Source: an uncultured Azospirillaceae bacterium (GTDB lineage Bacteria > Pseudomonadota > Alphaproteobacteria > Rickettsiales > UBA3002). From it: 64,000 nt of DNA. The stretch is from assembly GCA_964564675.1 (NCBI GenBank), contig CAZMBI010000007.1:9171-73170 (forward strand), written 5' to 3'. Below, one piece after another: positions 30,161 to 38,415 of the stretch (position 1 is its first letter; every line of letters begins with the position of its first letter). A program made the translations under genes and the position numbers. The notes under the pieces were generated by a model. The model was given only the letters and a program-made list of their open reading frames with translations. It made no database searches and was not told the DNA's origin.

Positions 30161-31231
30161 TCATGCCTGACGCGCGCGATGTTGTAAGAATGCGTCAGCC
30201 AGCACGCAGGCCATCATCGCCTCGCCCACCGGCACGGCGCGAATACCCACGCAGGGATCATGCCGGCCCTTGGTCTTAATGGTTGTATTATTGCCGTCGC
30301 AATCGATCGTTTGTACAGGCGTGAGAATCGAGCTTGTCGGCTTGACTGCAAAGCGCGCCACCAGTGGCTGGCCGGTGGTGATCCCGCCCATAACGCCGCC
30401 GGCATGGTTGGAATGAAAATGCACCCGGCCATCGCGCATTTCCATGGCATCGCTATTTGCTTCACCCGGAATGGCGGCGGCGCCAAATCCGTCGCCGATT
30501 TCCACCCCCTTAACGGCGTTTATACTCATCAACGCGCGGGCCAGTTCGGCATCAAGCTTGCCATAGACCGGCTCCCCCAGCCCGGGCGGCACGCCCTCGG
30601 CAATGACCTCTATCACCGCCCCCACGGAAGAGCCGGCCTTGCGTACACTGTCAATATATGCCCCCCATTCACTGGCCGCCTGTGCATCCGGGCAGAAAAA
30701 CGGGTTCTGGTTAAGCGCATCCCAGTCCCACCGGTCCCGGTTGATGAGTTGATCACCAAGCTGCACCAGTGCGCCGCGAATGCGCAGCCCCTCGCCTAAT
30801 ATCTTGCGGGCGATGGCGCCGGCGGCGACCCGCATTGCGGTTTCGCGAGCGGAGGAACGCCCGCCGCCACGATAATCGCGGATGCCGTATTTGACCTGAT
30901 AGGTATAGTCTGCATGACCGGGCCGGAAAGTGTCTTTGATCTCGCCGTAATCTTTCGACTTCTGGTCGGTGTTTTCGATGATCAGGCTGATCGGGTGCCC
31001 CGTTGACTGGCCTTCGAACACGCCGGAGAGGATACGCACCTCGTCGGTTTCTTTGCGTTGGGTGGTATAGCGCGACTGCGCCGGACGCCGCTTATCCAGC
31101 CACGGCTGAATATCGGCCTCGCTCAGCGGGATACCGGCCGGGCAGCCATCCACTACGCAGCCAATGGCCGTACCGTGGCTTTCGCCCCAGCTGGTAAAGG
31201 AAAACAGGATGCCAAATGTGTTATGCGGCAT
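30161..31231 (-). CDS. aroC: chorismate synthase
   Basis: [18 protein letters not shown] and [15 protein letters not shown] signatures; 356 aa. Confidence 0.96.
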   Translation of the reverse strand: MPHNTFGILFSFTSWGESHGTAIGCVVDGCPAGIPLSEADIQPWLDKRRPAQSRYTTQRKETDEVRILSGVFEGQSTGHPISLIIENTDQKSKDYGEIKDTFRPGHADYTYQVKYGIRDYRGGGRSSARETAMRVAAGAIARKILGEGLRIRGALVQLGDQLINRDRWDWDALNQNPFFCPDAQAASEWGAYIDSVRKAGSSVGAVIEVIAEGVPPGLGEPVYGKLDAELARALMSINAVKGVEIGDGFGAAAIPGEANSDAMEMRDGRVHFHSNHAGGVMGGITTGQPLVARFAVKPTSSILTPVQTIDCDGNNTTIKTKGRHDPCVGIRAVPVGEAMMACVLADAFLQHRARQA

Positions 31232-31233
31232 GG

Positions 31234-31707
31234 CTAGACAATGGTTGGGTTGGGCGCGTCGCCGTATACCGCTTTCGGATCAAAGCGTTTATCCGATTCG
31301 CGGTATTCCAGCTTCAGTTCCGGGCTCAGGGTCTGACCGGTGGGTACAGCGCGGTAAAAACAGCTGCGATAGCCGACATGGCAGCTGGCATCACCCGGAA
31401 TATCCACCATCAGCCAGACGGCATCCTGATCGTCATCGATGCGCATTTCTACCACCTTTTGCACCAAACCGCTGGTTGCGCCCTTGTGCCATAGCACCTT
31501 ACGGCTACGGCTGTAATAATGCGCTTCGCCGGTTTCGATGGTCATGCTAAGCGCTTCCTGATTCATATAGCCGAGCATCAGCACTTCACCGGTGCCCGCT
31601 GCCGTCGTAATACACGGGATCAGCCCCTCGGCATCGAATTTGGGCGCGAGTTCGCTCCCTTCCTCGACCTGTTCGACCGATACCCGTTTGGCAAATTGAC
31701 TGTTCAT
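31234..31707 (-). CDS. hisI: phosphoribosyl-AMP cyclohydrolase
   Basis: [26 protein letters not shown]...[17 protein letters not shown]...[11 protein letters not shown] is the HisI pattern. Confidence 0.9.
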   Translation of the reverse strand: MNSQFAKRVSVEQVEEGSELAPKFDAEGLIPCITTAAGTGEVLMLGYMNQEALSMTIETGEAHYYSRSRKVLWHKGATSGLVQKVVEMRIDDDQDAVWLMVDIPGDASCHVGYRSCFYRAVPTGQTLSPELKLEYRESDKRFDPKAVYGDAPNPTIV

Positions 31708-31811
31708 CTCCTTATCCTTTGAGTTGGCTTTAGTGTTTGTTAATAATTCACTGGCATATTCGGAAAATACAACTATAGCAAGTCTGAAGCCAATGAAAAG
31801 GGAGTATTGTT

Positions 31812-32255
31812 ATGGCCAAAGCTGCTGTTAAGCTGAACGATCCGTCGACTAGGAAACTCTGGCACGCCATTAACCGCATTCCTGACGAGGTGCTGGAAGC
31901 GTATTTGGCGGATAACATCATCGATGAACGGGAAATCGAGGATATTACCAATCGCCTCGCTTCCATATGCCGCGAACAGGGACTGGGTCTGGGCCACAGC
32001 GTGAAGGATCATAAGCTGATTCGCAGTCTGGTTCATCATGCGGTTCATCATATAAGGCACAACCGCAAACAGGGCCAGGTGATCGAGTCACAGCTGAACC
32101 AGGTAAGCCTGCGCGAGATTAAACAGGCGATGGGCGATCTGCTCAATAGCGGGCAGATCAAGCTGGGCACGCAGCATTTGAGCCGTGATACGCATGAGTT
32201 CGATTATGGTAATATCCCCGAACCGCCGGAAGAAGAGGAAGGTGAAAAAGAATAG
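31812..32255 (+). CDS. hypothetical protein (147 aa) with a His-rich centre and acidic tail
   Basis: ORF preceded by a GGGAG ribosome-binding site. I recognise no family. It converges on the virB9-like gene. Confidence 0.5.
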   Translation: MAKAAVKLNDPSTRKLWHAINRIPDEVLEAYLADNIIDEREIEDITNRLASICREQGLGLGHSVKDHKLIRSLVHHAVHHIRHNRKQGQVIESQLNQVSLREIKQAMGDLLNSGQIKLGTQHLSRDTHEFDYGNIPEPPEEEEGEKE

Positions 32256-32258
32256 CCG

Positions 32259-33065
32259 CTACATCCGGAACGCGTCGCCGCTGCTTACCTTATCCCAAAA
32301 GCCCGGCGCCGGCGGTAATGCTTCATGTGTCATGGCCTCATTGTAAACACACAGAATATACGCCCCGCGCCGCAGGGTGAACATTGGCGCTACCCGCTCC
32401 ACCACGATGTAGTTACCGCGCGTGCGGAAATTGACCAGCTCTTCGTTACCGGCGGCATCGACATAAAAGAAGGCCGGAATATCAGCATTTTTGTCGCGGA
32501 ATTCAAAGTAGGTAAATTCGCCGTCATCAAAGATGCGAATGGGCGCAATGGTATCCGACCCCTGAATGGAATAATTGAAATTATGTTTATCGGGGTTACT
32601 CTCAAAATCGGGAATATCGTCACCCCCACCATAATTGATGGCCGCCATATCTTCTTCAGGATAGGAAAAACGCATAACAAACAGCATATTGCCGTCGCGG
32701 ATATCCTCCGTTTCGCGAGCATGCAGCTCAAAATGGTACGTCCGCTTATCGGTAATCACCGTCATATTGGTCAGGGCGTCCTGCTCCACCGGTTTGATAA
32801 ACAACCGGTTTTGCAATGGGTTCACCAGCCAGGCGATGGAATCGCCGACGGAAACCGTCTCAATGGTTTCATCGGGATGAAACTCAATACTGGACTGATA
32901 GCCATAATGCCCGGTGAACTTAAACACTTCGTTGGAACTGTAACGCACTTTCTGCAGGCGGAAATCCGTCGGCAGCGCGCGCGGTTCCTGCAGCGCGTGT
33001 ACCTGCCCCGCCGAAAGAACGCACAGTGACAGCAGCAGACATGGTATCAGGGCGCCCCTTATCAT
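32259..33065 (-). CDS. virB9: VirB9/TrbG/CagX-family type IV secretion outer-membrane core protein homolog
   Basis: Signal peptide ending QVHA. The N-terminal domain (VFKFTGHYGYQSSIEFHPDETIETVSVGDSIAW...TNMTVITDKRTYHFEL) and the C-terminal domain (FDDGEFTYFEF...PAFFYVDAAGNEELVNFRTRGNYIVVERVAPMFTLRRG) follow the VirB9 pattern. Confidence 0.8.
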   Translation of the reverse strand: MIRGALIPCLLLSLCVLSAGQVHALQEPRALPTDFRLQKVRYSSNEVFKFTGHYGYQSSIEFHPDETIETVSVGDSIAWLVNPLQNRLFIKPVEQDALTNMTVITDKRTYHFELHARETEDIRDGNMLFVMRFSYPEEDMAAINYGGGDDIPDFESNPDKHNFNYSIQGSDTIAPIRIFDDGEFTYFEFRDKNADIPAFFYVDAAGNEELVNFRTRGNYIVVERVAPMFTLRRGAYILCVYNEAMTHEALPPAPGFWDKVSSGDAFRM

Positions 33066-33069
33066 TCAC

Positions 33070-33831
33070 CTACTCCCTTTCAAACACCAGGCGTTCACGA
33101 ACGTCATAGGATACGACGCGGAAAGTGGGCTCTTCATATTCCAGCACGTAGTCCCCGTATTTTTCACTGTAGTAAGACGTTTCCTTCAAATCTGTATACT
33201 CAAAGCTGATCGTTGCCGTCCAGTTTGTTTTGTTTTTTTGGTTGTTTCCGATCACTTCTGTGGAAAAGTTGACCGTTCCGCGATAGGGCGTGACGCTTTT
33301 GTCATAGGTCACAGACTGAATCGCCACCTCGACATCGGCATATTTGCCATACTGACGGATGGGGCTGCGCGGATTGTTAGGGTTGGTCAGGCGATCATAT
33401 TCCTGAAAGGTTTTGGCATCGTTATAATGCTGCATAAACGCCCATTGCATAAGAAAACGGTCTTCATTGTAGGACTCGCGCATCCGGACATAGGTTTTGA
33501 GATAATATTTGATTAATGCCGGATTGGACTCTTCATTGGCGGCCTTCAAACGAATCATATGCGGGATTTCTCCGATAAAATCCTTCGCCCGGTAGACAAA
33601 CGGAATACGTGGCTTGATCGGCAGCAGGTTGATTACCGACATGGTAGCGAAAATCGTAATCAACACCGCAATAAAGGTAATGATAATAAAGAAAATCCGC
33701 TCCGAAATGGGGCCGATATACAATATGTCATACCATTTACGGGCTTCATCAAAATAGGAGCCGTCAGCAATTTTCGCAGCCACTTCATCTTGTTCTTCGG
33801 TCGGATCAGCCTGGTGCGATTTAGCATTCAT
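33070..33831 (-). CDS. virB8: VirB8-family type IV secretion protein homolog
   Basis: Bitopic topology with a cytoplasmic N-terminus (YFDEARKWYD), one TM helix (IFFIIITFIAVLITIFATMSVI), and a periplasmic domain of about 170 aa containing YVRMRESYN and NPNNPRSPIRQYG, resembling the VirB8 NTF2-like domain. It lies 4 nt upstream of virB9. Confidence 0.65.
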   Translation of the reverse strand: MNAKSHQADPTEEQDEVAAKIADGSYFDEARKWYDILYIGPISERIFFIIITFIAVLITIFATMSVINLLPIKPRIPFVYRAKDFIGEIPHMIRLKAANEESNPALIKYYLKTYVRMRESYNEDRFLMQWAFMQHYNDAKTFQEYDRLTNPNNPRSPIRQYGKYADVEVAIQSVTYDKSVTPYRGTVNFSTEVIGNNQKNKTNWTATISFEYTDLKETSYYSEKYGDYVLEYEEPTFRVVSYDVRERLVFERE

Positions 33832-33979
33832 AGCGCGCGTTACTTTTAATTTTTAAAAAATTTCCACAACTGTCATCAAATTGAAACAAAAATATGCTAA
33901 ACTGGTTGTTCAGTTAAAATTCGGCTTTATGCTGATGCGAATATAAAACATATCATTGTGATTTAGGGGTCTTAAGGCT

Positions 33980-36900
33980 ATGCGTGCTTTCTTGCCGGCT
34001 TTATCTTTGTTGGCCATATCCGCTTGTTTTTCGCTTTTTTTTATTGCTCCCGCTCAGGCGCAAAACCCAAGCCAGGTCTATATTGAAACTGAACAGAGCG
34101 GCTCGGATTCGAATTGTACCTATATTGACTCAAAAGGTCAGAAGCAGCAAGCGGATCCTGCCGTTTGCAAAATGATTTATGGCTGTAATATCGAAGGCAA
34201 AATGCTGCCTTATGGCACCAAATGCAAAAGCGTGATCGACGGGCAAACCTATGACGCCGATACCGTCTGGGCGCCGGTCCCGCATCCAAAGAATAAAAAA
34301 GTCCCGGTAGAATGCCTGCGCGGTGACGAGCCGATCACCGCCGGCATTAACAAGGCGGTGCTCGATGAAACCGATTCGGCGGCCTATTGCCGGCAGATCA
34401 TGGTGTCTGACCTGGAAAATTCCGCCGGTTGCCAGCCCTCGCAAAGCGGCGACCCCTGGCGCTGCCGCGGGTTTGAAAAGGTTTTGGAAAAGAAAAAGGA
34501 CCCCCAGAAATACTGGGTGGAAGCACGCGAAGGCGCAGCGCTGGATGTGGCTTCCGCCGCACCGATGGCGGGGCAAACAACTGGGTATACCTGCAAAACC
34601 TTCGCCAGTGAAGATAAAATCTGCGTCCAGCAGACCCAGCTCAAACCGACGCCGAGCCCTAAGGGTAGCTATCATGAAGACCCCACCTCGCCCGCCAATT
34701 ATCCCATGGCAGAACATCATGAGAGTGAAGGGCAGCGCATGGCAAAAGTCATCAAAAATCGCCAAGCGGGGATGCCAAAGTATACCGGAGGAACCACAGG
34801 CGCAGCCGGGGAAAAGCCCGATACGCCCTATCCGGAAAACGACAATGCCCGCCCCAGTGGCCAGCGCACGCTTGCCACGTTTAAAAGCGGGCGTGATTGT
34901 CAGCGGCCCGGCCAGAAATGCGATGAATTTGATGCCATCCGGCCCATTCAGTTCGATGCCGCTTATTTAAACACGCCTGCTTACGCCACCTATGACCCAA
35001 ATGCCTACCCGCCCGGCTATGAAATGAAACTGGCCGACCAACTGCGCGGTAAAACGGTCGATGAAGTGGCGGCGGAAAAGGCCTTCGGTAACCGCCTGAT
35101 CAGTGAAAGTGTGGCCGCCGCCATCCCCGGCGGCAGCCAGATGCAGGGCATTTTCAAGCGACTGAATGCCATGTCGAAATATTACAGCAATACTGACAAA
35201 ACCCTGAGCCGTACCGCCGGTGAAGTGCTGAAAAGCGAAGACGGACTGGACTACCTGACCGCCTACGGTCCCGGCGCTAACGGACTGACCAGTTTTCTAA
35301 ACGGCGGCGGTGGTACCGGCAAGGCAAATTTTAACAGCGTCATCCAGGGCATATTCCAGCAGTTCGGCGGTGGTGGTGGTGGTGCCGGTGGTGGTGGTGG
35401 TGGCGGTGGCGGTAACAACTGCACCCCCGGTATGTTCGGAAATTTCGACCAGTGCCTGAATAACCTTATGTTGCCGCCGCAAGGCGGCGTCGCCGCCAGC
35501 ACGGCCGGCTGCCCGCCACAGGTGCTCACGTGCGCCTCACAGGCTAGCGGTGGAGTCACCCCGAGCGTATTGCAGCAGTGCTTTAACCAGCTCATTAATC
35601 AGAACTGCAGCAGTAGCGGCGGCGGCGGCGGCGGCAATAATCAACTGCTTAACGCTCTGCAGGGTCTGTTGCAAAATATCGGCAGCTTTGGCTCCATGCA
35701 GCAGATGAAAAGCGCCCTGGCCGAACCGGTCAAGATGGACAAGCTGCACAGCCCTTCCAGTAACAGCACCCAGATGTTCAGCGGTAATGGGTTTTTTGCC
35801 AATTTTCATGAGCAGGATATTTATCCCATACGTCCCGAATATTCTGAATGCGCCAACTATAACCGCAGCAAGTGCACAATCTCTCGAATGAATGCTTCAT
35901 ATAACAGGAATCACAGCACGTGGGGCCCGACCTCGCCGCCGCTGAGCGCCGTGCGCCTTGCCGGCCAGCTAGATAAGAATATCCGCGTGCGTCTCAAACA
36001 GTCGCGCTATGACTTTGTTAACACGCAACTGGCCATGCGCATCGCCTATTGCCGCTGGTGCGACCATGACCGCGATGAAGGCAAGCAACGCTGTACGCCG
36101 GGACATGAATGCGCCAATAAAGACTGCCCGTGTCCAGTCAATTGCTGGAGCTCCAAATGCTGGGGCGTCGCTATCGACGATAACTCGAATTACCCGTCCG
36201 CATTAGTCTGGAACGCCAGCAACAATGATCCGGCGCGCCGCCCGAATATCGGATGCCCCGGCTCCAACAAACCGATGGGCCCGGATGGCGGCAGATATTT
36301 TAACAGTGGCAAAGTGACTGGCATGTTGTTAGATGAAGGCGTGCAGGCGGTCTTTACCGCTTATAACATGCAGCCGTTCCACATCCATACCGTGGCTCAG
36401 CATGCGGCCAAGCCGATGCGCTCGACCAATAAAACCTGCCTGGCGGATGCGCGGCATTTAGACCAAAAAAAACAGCCGATGGGGGAAGGCTATGCGTTCT
36501 GGAATTATCACGGGCCGGACTTCCCGCATCCCGAACTATCGACGACTGCGGATGAACTAGGCGGCCAGGGAAACGGCCGGGTCAACCTCGATTCGTATGA
36601 AGGCGCGCTGGCCGTGGTTGATACCAGCTGTTTAAACTCGTATGGCAATAAGCATGACTGGGGATATGGCGTACAGGCGATGCATCAGCCCAACCCGATT
36701 ATGGACCGCATGATCGATTTCGGCTTCAATGACCGTGAGCTTGGGTTTGTCAAAGACGTGCTGGCAGGTGTGGCTGGCGCTGGCGGCGGCGGCCAGCACA
36801 GTGACAGCCAGATGTGCTGCCTGGGCGGGCCCGGCGAGGCCACCGGCGGCTCGCTCGGCGAAGGCAACAACGCCATAAACGTGATGACCGAAGTCAATCT

Positions 36901-37624
36901 GGCGCAAAGCAATACCAAGCGCCATGATTGTCATGCCTGCCTGCCGAATTTTTATCGCACGGCCAGTGCACGCGGGCCCATGTCGTTTGCAGCCAATGCG
37001 GGCGGCGGTGTGGTTAATGTGTTGCTGGAGGATACCGAATTTTCCAGCGGCGCGGCTGATTCCGGCGGCGGCGGCAGCGGCGAGCAGGCGATGTTACGCT
37101 CAGCCGTCTGGCCGCTGGCCTGTGCCGGCTGGCCCAACGACCCGAAATCGGCCAATCAATTCGGGTTTGACTATCCGATGGAAAGCGGCCTGGAAAAGGT
37201 TGCGGATATGCGGCGCAATGCCGCCGGGTGCTTCATCTATATGGAAGAAGGCAAATCTGCGCTCAAGCAGCCAGGCGGATTCGGTAACGTGGCGGTCGTG
37301 CGTAATGCCGGGGAAGATGATCACGGTCCCTATCTTGATGTGGATGTGACCAACTATGGCCGTAATGCGGATATGTGCGGCACAACCGATAAAAACGGTA
37401 TGGTGAGCAAGCTGACCTTCCGGCTGAAGGAAATTCCTCCAGACGAGAAACAGGCCATGGAAAAAGCGGGCGTTAAGCGGTTTGATTTTGTGAACGGTAA
37501 TCCGGCGGGAACCATCAAGGTTCCCAAGCAACTCTCGTTTTTCTGTCCGCATAAAGATGAGGATCTGGGCATTCAGGCTTCGGCTGAACCAAACGACAAC
37601 ACGGAGGTGGCGCGAAACGAATGA
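33980..37624 (+). CDS. large secreted Cys-rich, poly-Gly-containing protein (1214 aa), unknown family
   Basis: Uninterrupted 3.6-kb ORF with signal peptide MRAFLPALSLLAISACFSLFFIAPAQA. It has many Cys residues (CRWC, CHAC, CPCPVNC) and glycine runs (G6AG8, G6, G4). I recognise no catalytic motif. Confidence 0.8.
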   Translation: MRAFLPALSLLAISACFSLFFIAPAQAQNPSQVYIETEQSGSDSNCTYIDSKGQKQQADPAVCKMIYGCNIEGKMLPYGTKCKSVIDGQTYDADTVWAPVPHPKNKKVPVECLRGDEPITAGINKAVLDETDSAAYCRQIMVSDLENSAGCQPSQSGDPWRCRGFEKVLEKKKDPQKYWVEAREGAALDVASAAPMAGQTTGYTCKTFASEDKICVQQTQLKPTPSPKGSYHEDPTSPANYPMAEHHESEGQRMAKVIKNRQAGMPKYTGGTTGAAGEKPDTPYPENDNARPSGQRTLATFKSGRDCQRPGQKCDEFDAIRPIQFDAAYLNTPAYATYDPNAYPPGYEMKLADQLRGKTVDEVAAEKAFGNRLISESVAAAIPGGSQMQGIFKRLNAMSKYYSNTDKTLSRTAGEVLKSEDGLDYLTAYGPGANGLTSFLNGGGGTGKANFNSVIQGIFQQFGGGGGGAGGGGGGGGGNNCTPGMFGNFDQCLNNLMLPPQGGVAASTAGCPPQVLTCASQASGGVTPSVLQQCFNQLINQNCSSSGGGGGGNNQLLNALQGLLQNIGSFGSMQQMKSALAEPVKMDKLHSPSSNSTQMFSGNGFFANFHEQDIYPIRPEYSECANYNRSKCTISRMNASYNRNHSTWGPTSPPLSAVRLAGQLDKNIRVRLKQSRYDFVNTQLAMRIAYCRWCDHDRDEGKQRCTPGHECANKDCPCPVNCWSSKCWGVAIDDNSNYPSALVWNASNNDPARRPNIGCPGSNKPMGPDGGRYFNSGKVTGMLLDEGVQAVFTAYNMQPFHIHTVAQHAAKPMRSTNKTCLADARHLDQKKQPMGEGYAFWNYHGPDFPHPELSTTADELGGQGNGRVNLDSYEGALAVVDTSCLNSYGNKHDWGYGVQAMHQPNPIMDRMIDFGFNDRELGFVKDVLAGVAGAGGGGQHSDSQMCCLGGPGEATGGSLGEGNNAINVMTEVNLAQSNTKRHDCHACLPNFYRTASARGPMSFAANAGGGVVNVLLEDTEFSSGAADSGGGGSGEQAMLRSAVWPLACAGWPNDPKSANQFGFDYPMESGLEKVADMRRNAAGCFIYMEEGKSALKQPGGFGNVAVVRNAGEDDHGPYLDVDVTNYGRNADMCGTTDKNGMVSKLTFRLKEIPPDEKQAMEKAGVKRFDFVNGNPAGTIKVPKQLSFFCPHKDEDLGIQASAEPNDNTEVARNE
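35366..35413 (+). repeat. GGN trinucleotide tract encoding G6-A-G8
   Basis: Read directly: ggc(ggt)5 gcc (ggt)5 ggc ggt ggc ggt. A second, perfect (GGC)6 tract lies at 35618-35635. Confidence 0.95.
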
Positions 37625-38337
37625 AACAGCGGGGCTTCATAGCATTATTGGCAGCAGCCGGCCTGTTATGGTCGACCGATCAGGCTATGGCCGCCCAGTG
37701 TCCGCAGAATCCTAGTTACAGCGACCTGAAAAACTGTAAATTTGCCCCGATTGACTTTGCAAAATTCAAACAATGGACGCGCGAGGGCAAACAACCGCCG
37801 CGCGCTTTGACCATTTGCGGCATTAACGGCGAAGACGAAGCCAAGGGCTGTTATAACAGCGGCGGTATGGGCAGTATCGTCAAAGGCGGTATCCGCCAAC
37901 CCGGCACCGTCCCTGCGCAAAGCCCGCCTGGCAGCGGCGGCGGCGGAGGAGGAGGGGGGTTTCCCGGCGGACTGCCCGGCCTCCCCGGCGGCGGGGGTGG
38001 TGGCGGCGGCGGTGGTGGCGGCGGCGGCTCAGCACCCAGCCCTGCCTGCGTTGCCGCACAGTCGAGTGCGCTGGCCCCTTGCTCCAATTCCCTTAATGCC
38101 GCTGCCGGCTCGATCGTACCGCTGAATCCGACCTATTTTCCCAGTTGTTCCGGTGCGATGCTCGGCTGCATGTCCGCCTCAACGGGCGGTACCGCCATTA
38201 CTTCCACGCTGGTGAATAATTGCGTGACGCAAGTGGCAACGGGTGCTTGCAGTTCGGGCGCCGCCGGCGCCGGCGGCGTTGTTTTACCAGGCGCCCCGGG
38301 AGGGGCCGGTTCCGGTGGTGGTGGCGCTGTGCCATAA
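37621..38337 (+). CDS. secreted Gly-rich, Cys-containing protein (238 aa), unknown family
   Basis: ATGA overlap with the 1214-aa ORF. Signal peptide MKQRGFIALLAAAGLLWSTDQAMA. It has G8 and G14 runs and a six-Cys module shared with the 1214-aa protein. Confidence 0.7.
   Translation: MKQRGFIALLAAAGLLWSTDQAMAAQCPQNPSYSDLKNCKFAPIDFAKFKQWTREGKQPPRALTICGINGEDEAKGCYNSGGMGSIVKGGIRQPGTVPAQSPPGSGGGGGGGGFPGGLPGLPGGGGGGGGGGGGGGSAPSPACVAAQSSALAPCSNSLNAAAGSIVPLNPTYFPSCSGAMLGCMSASTGGTAITSTLVNNCVTQVATGACSSGAAGAGGVVLPGAPGGAGSGGGGAVP
37987..38028 (+). repeat. GGN trinucleotide tract encoding 14 consecutive glycines
   Basis: Read directly: ggc ggc ggg ggt ggt ggc ggc ggc ggt ggt ggc ggc ggc ggc. A shorter GGN tract lies at 37931-37957. 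Confidence 0.95.
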
Positions 38338-38415
38338 ACAACAAATATTTTTAAAATTTAATCAGTTAACGCCAGAAATTTATGATATAATAATGTGTGT
38401 TAGGGGGTTGGTATC

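Noticed and set aside
32325-33029. 234-aa plus-strand ORF covering the virB9-like gene.
   Set aside because: The minus-strand frame has a signal peptide and both VirB9 domain patterns. The plus-strand product has no recognisable features.
34130-34970. Overlapping ORFs of 211 aa (minus strand) and 215 aa (plus strand, other frame) inside the 1214-aa gene.
   Set aside because: They are contained within one uninterrupted 3.6-kb ORF that has a proper signal peptide. Their products are Arg/Pro/Ala-rich, typical of off-frame GC-rich sequence.
35366-38028. Repetitive GGC/GGT DNA considered as a CRISPR-like or non-coding tandem array.
   Set aside because: The tracts are in frame within long ORFs, encode poly-glycine, and lack any repeat-spacer organisation. 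No CRISPR array is visible anywhere in the window.
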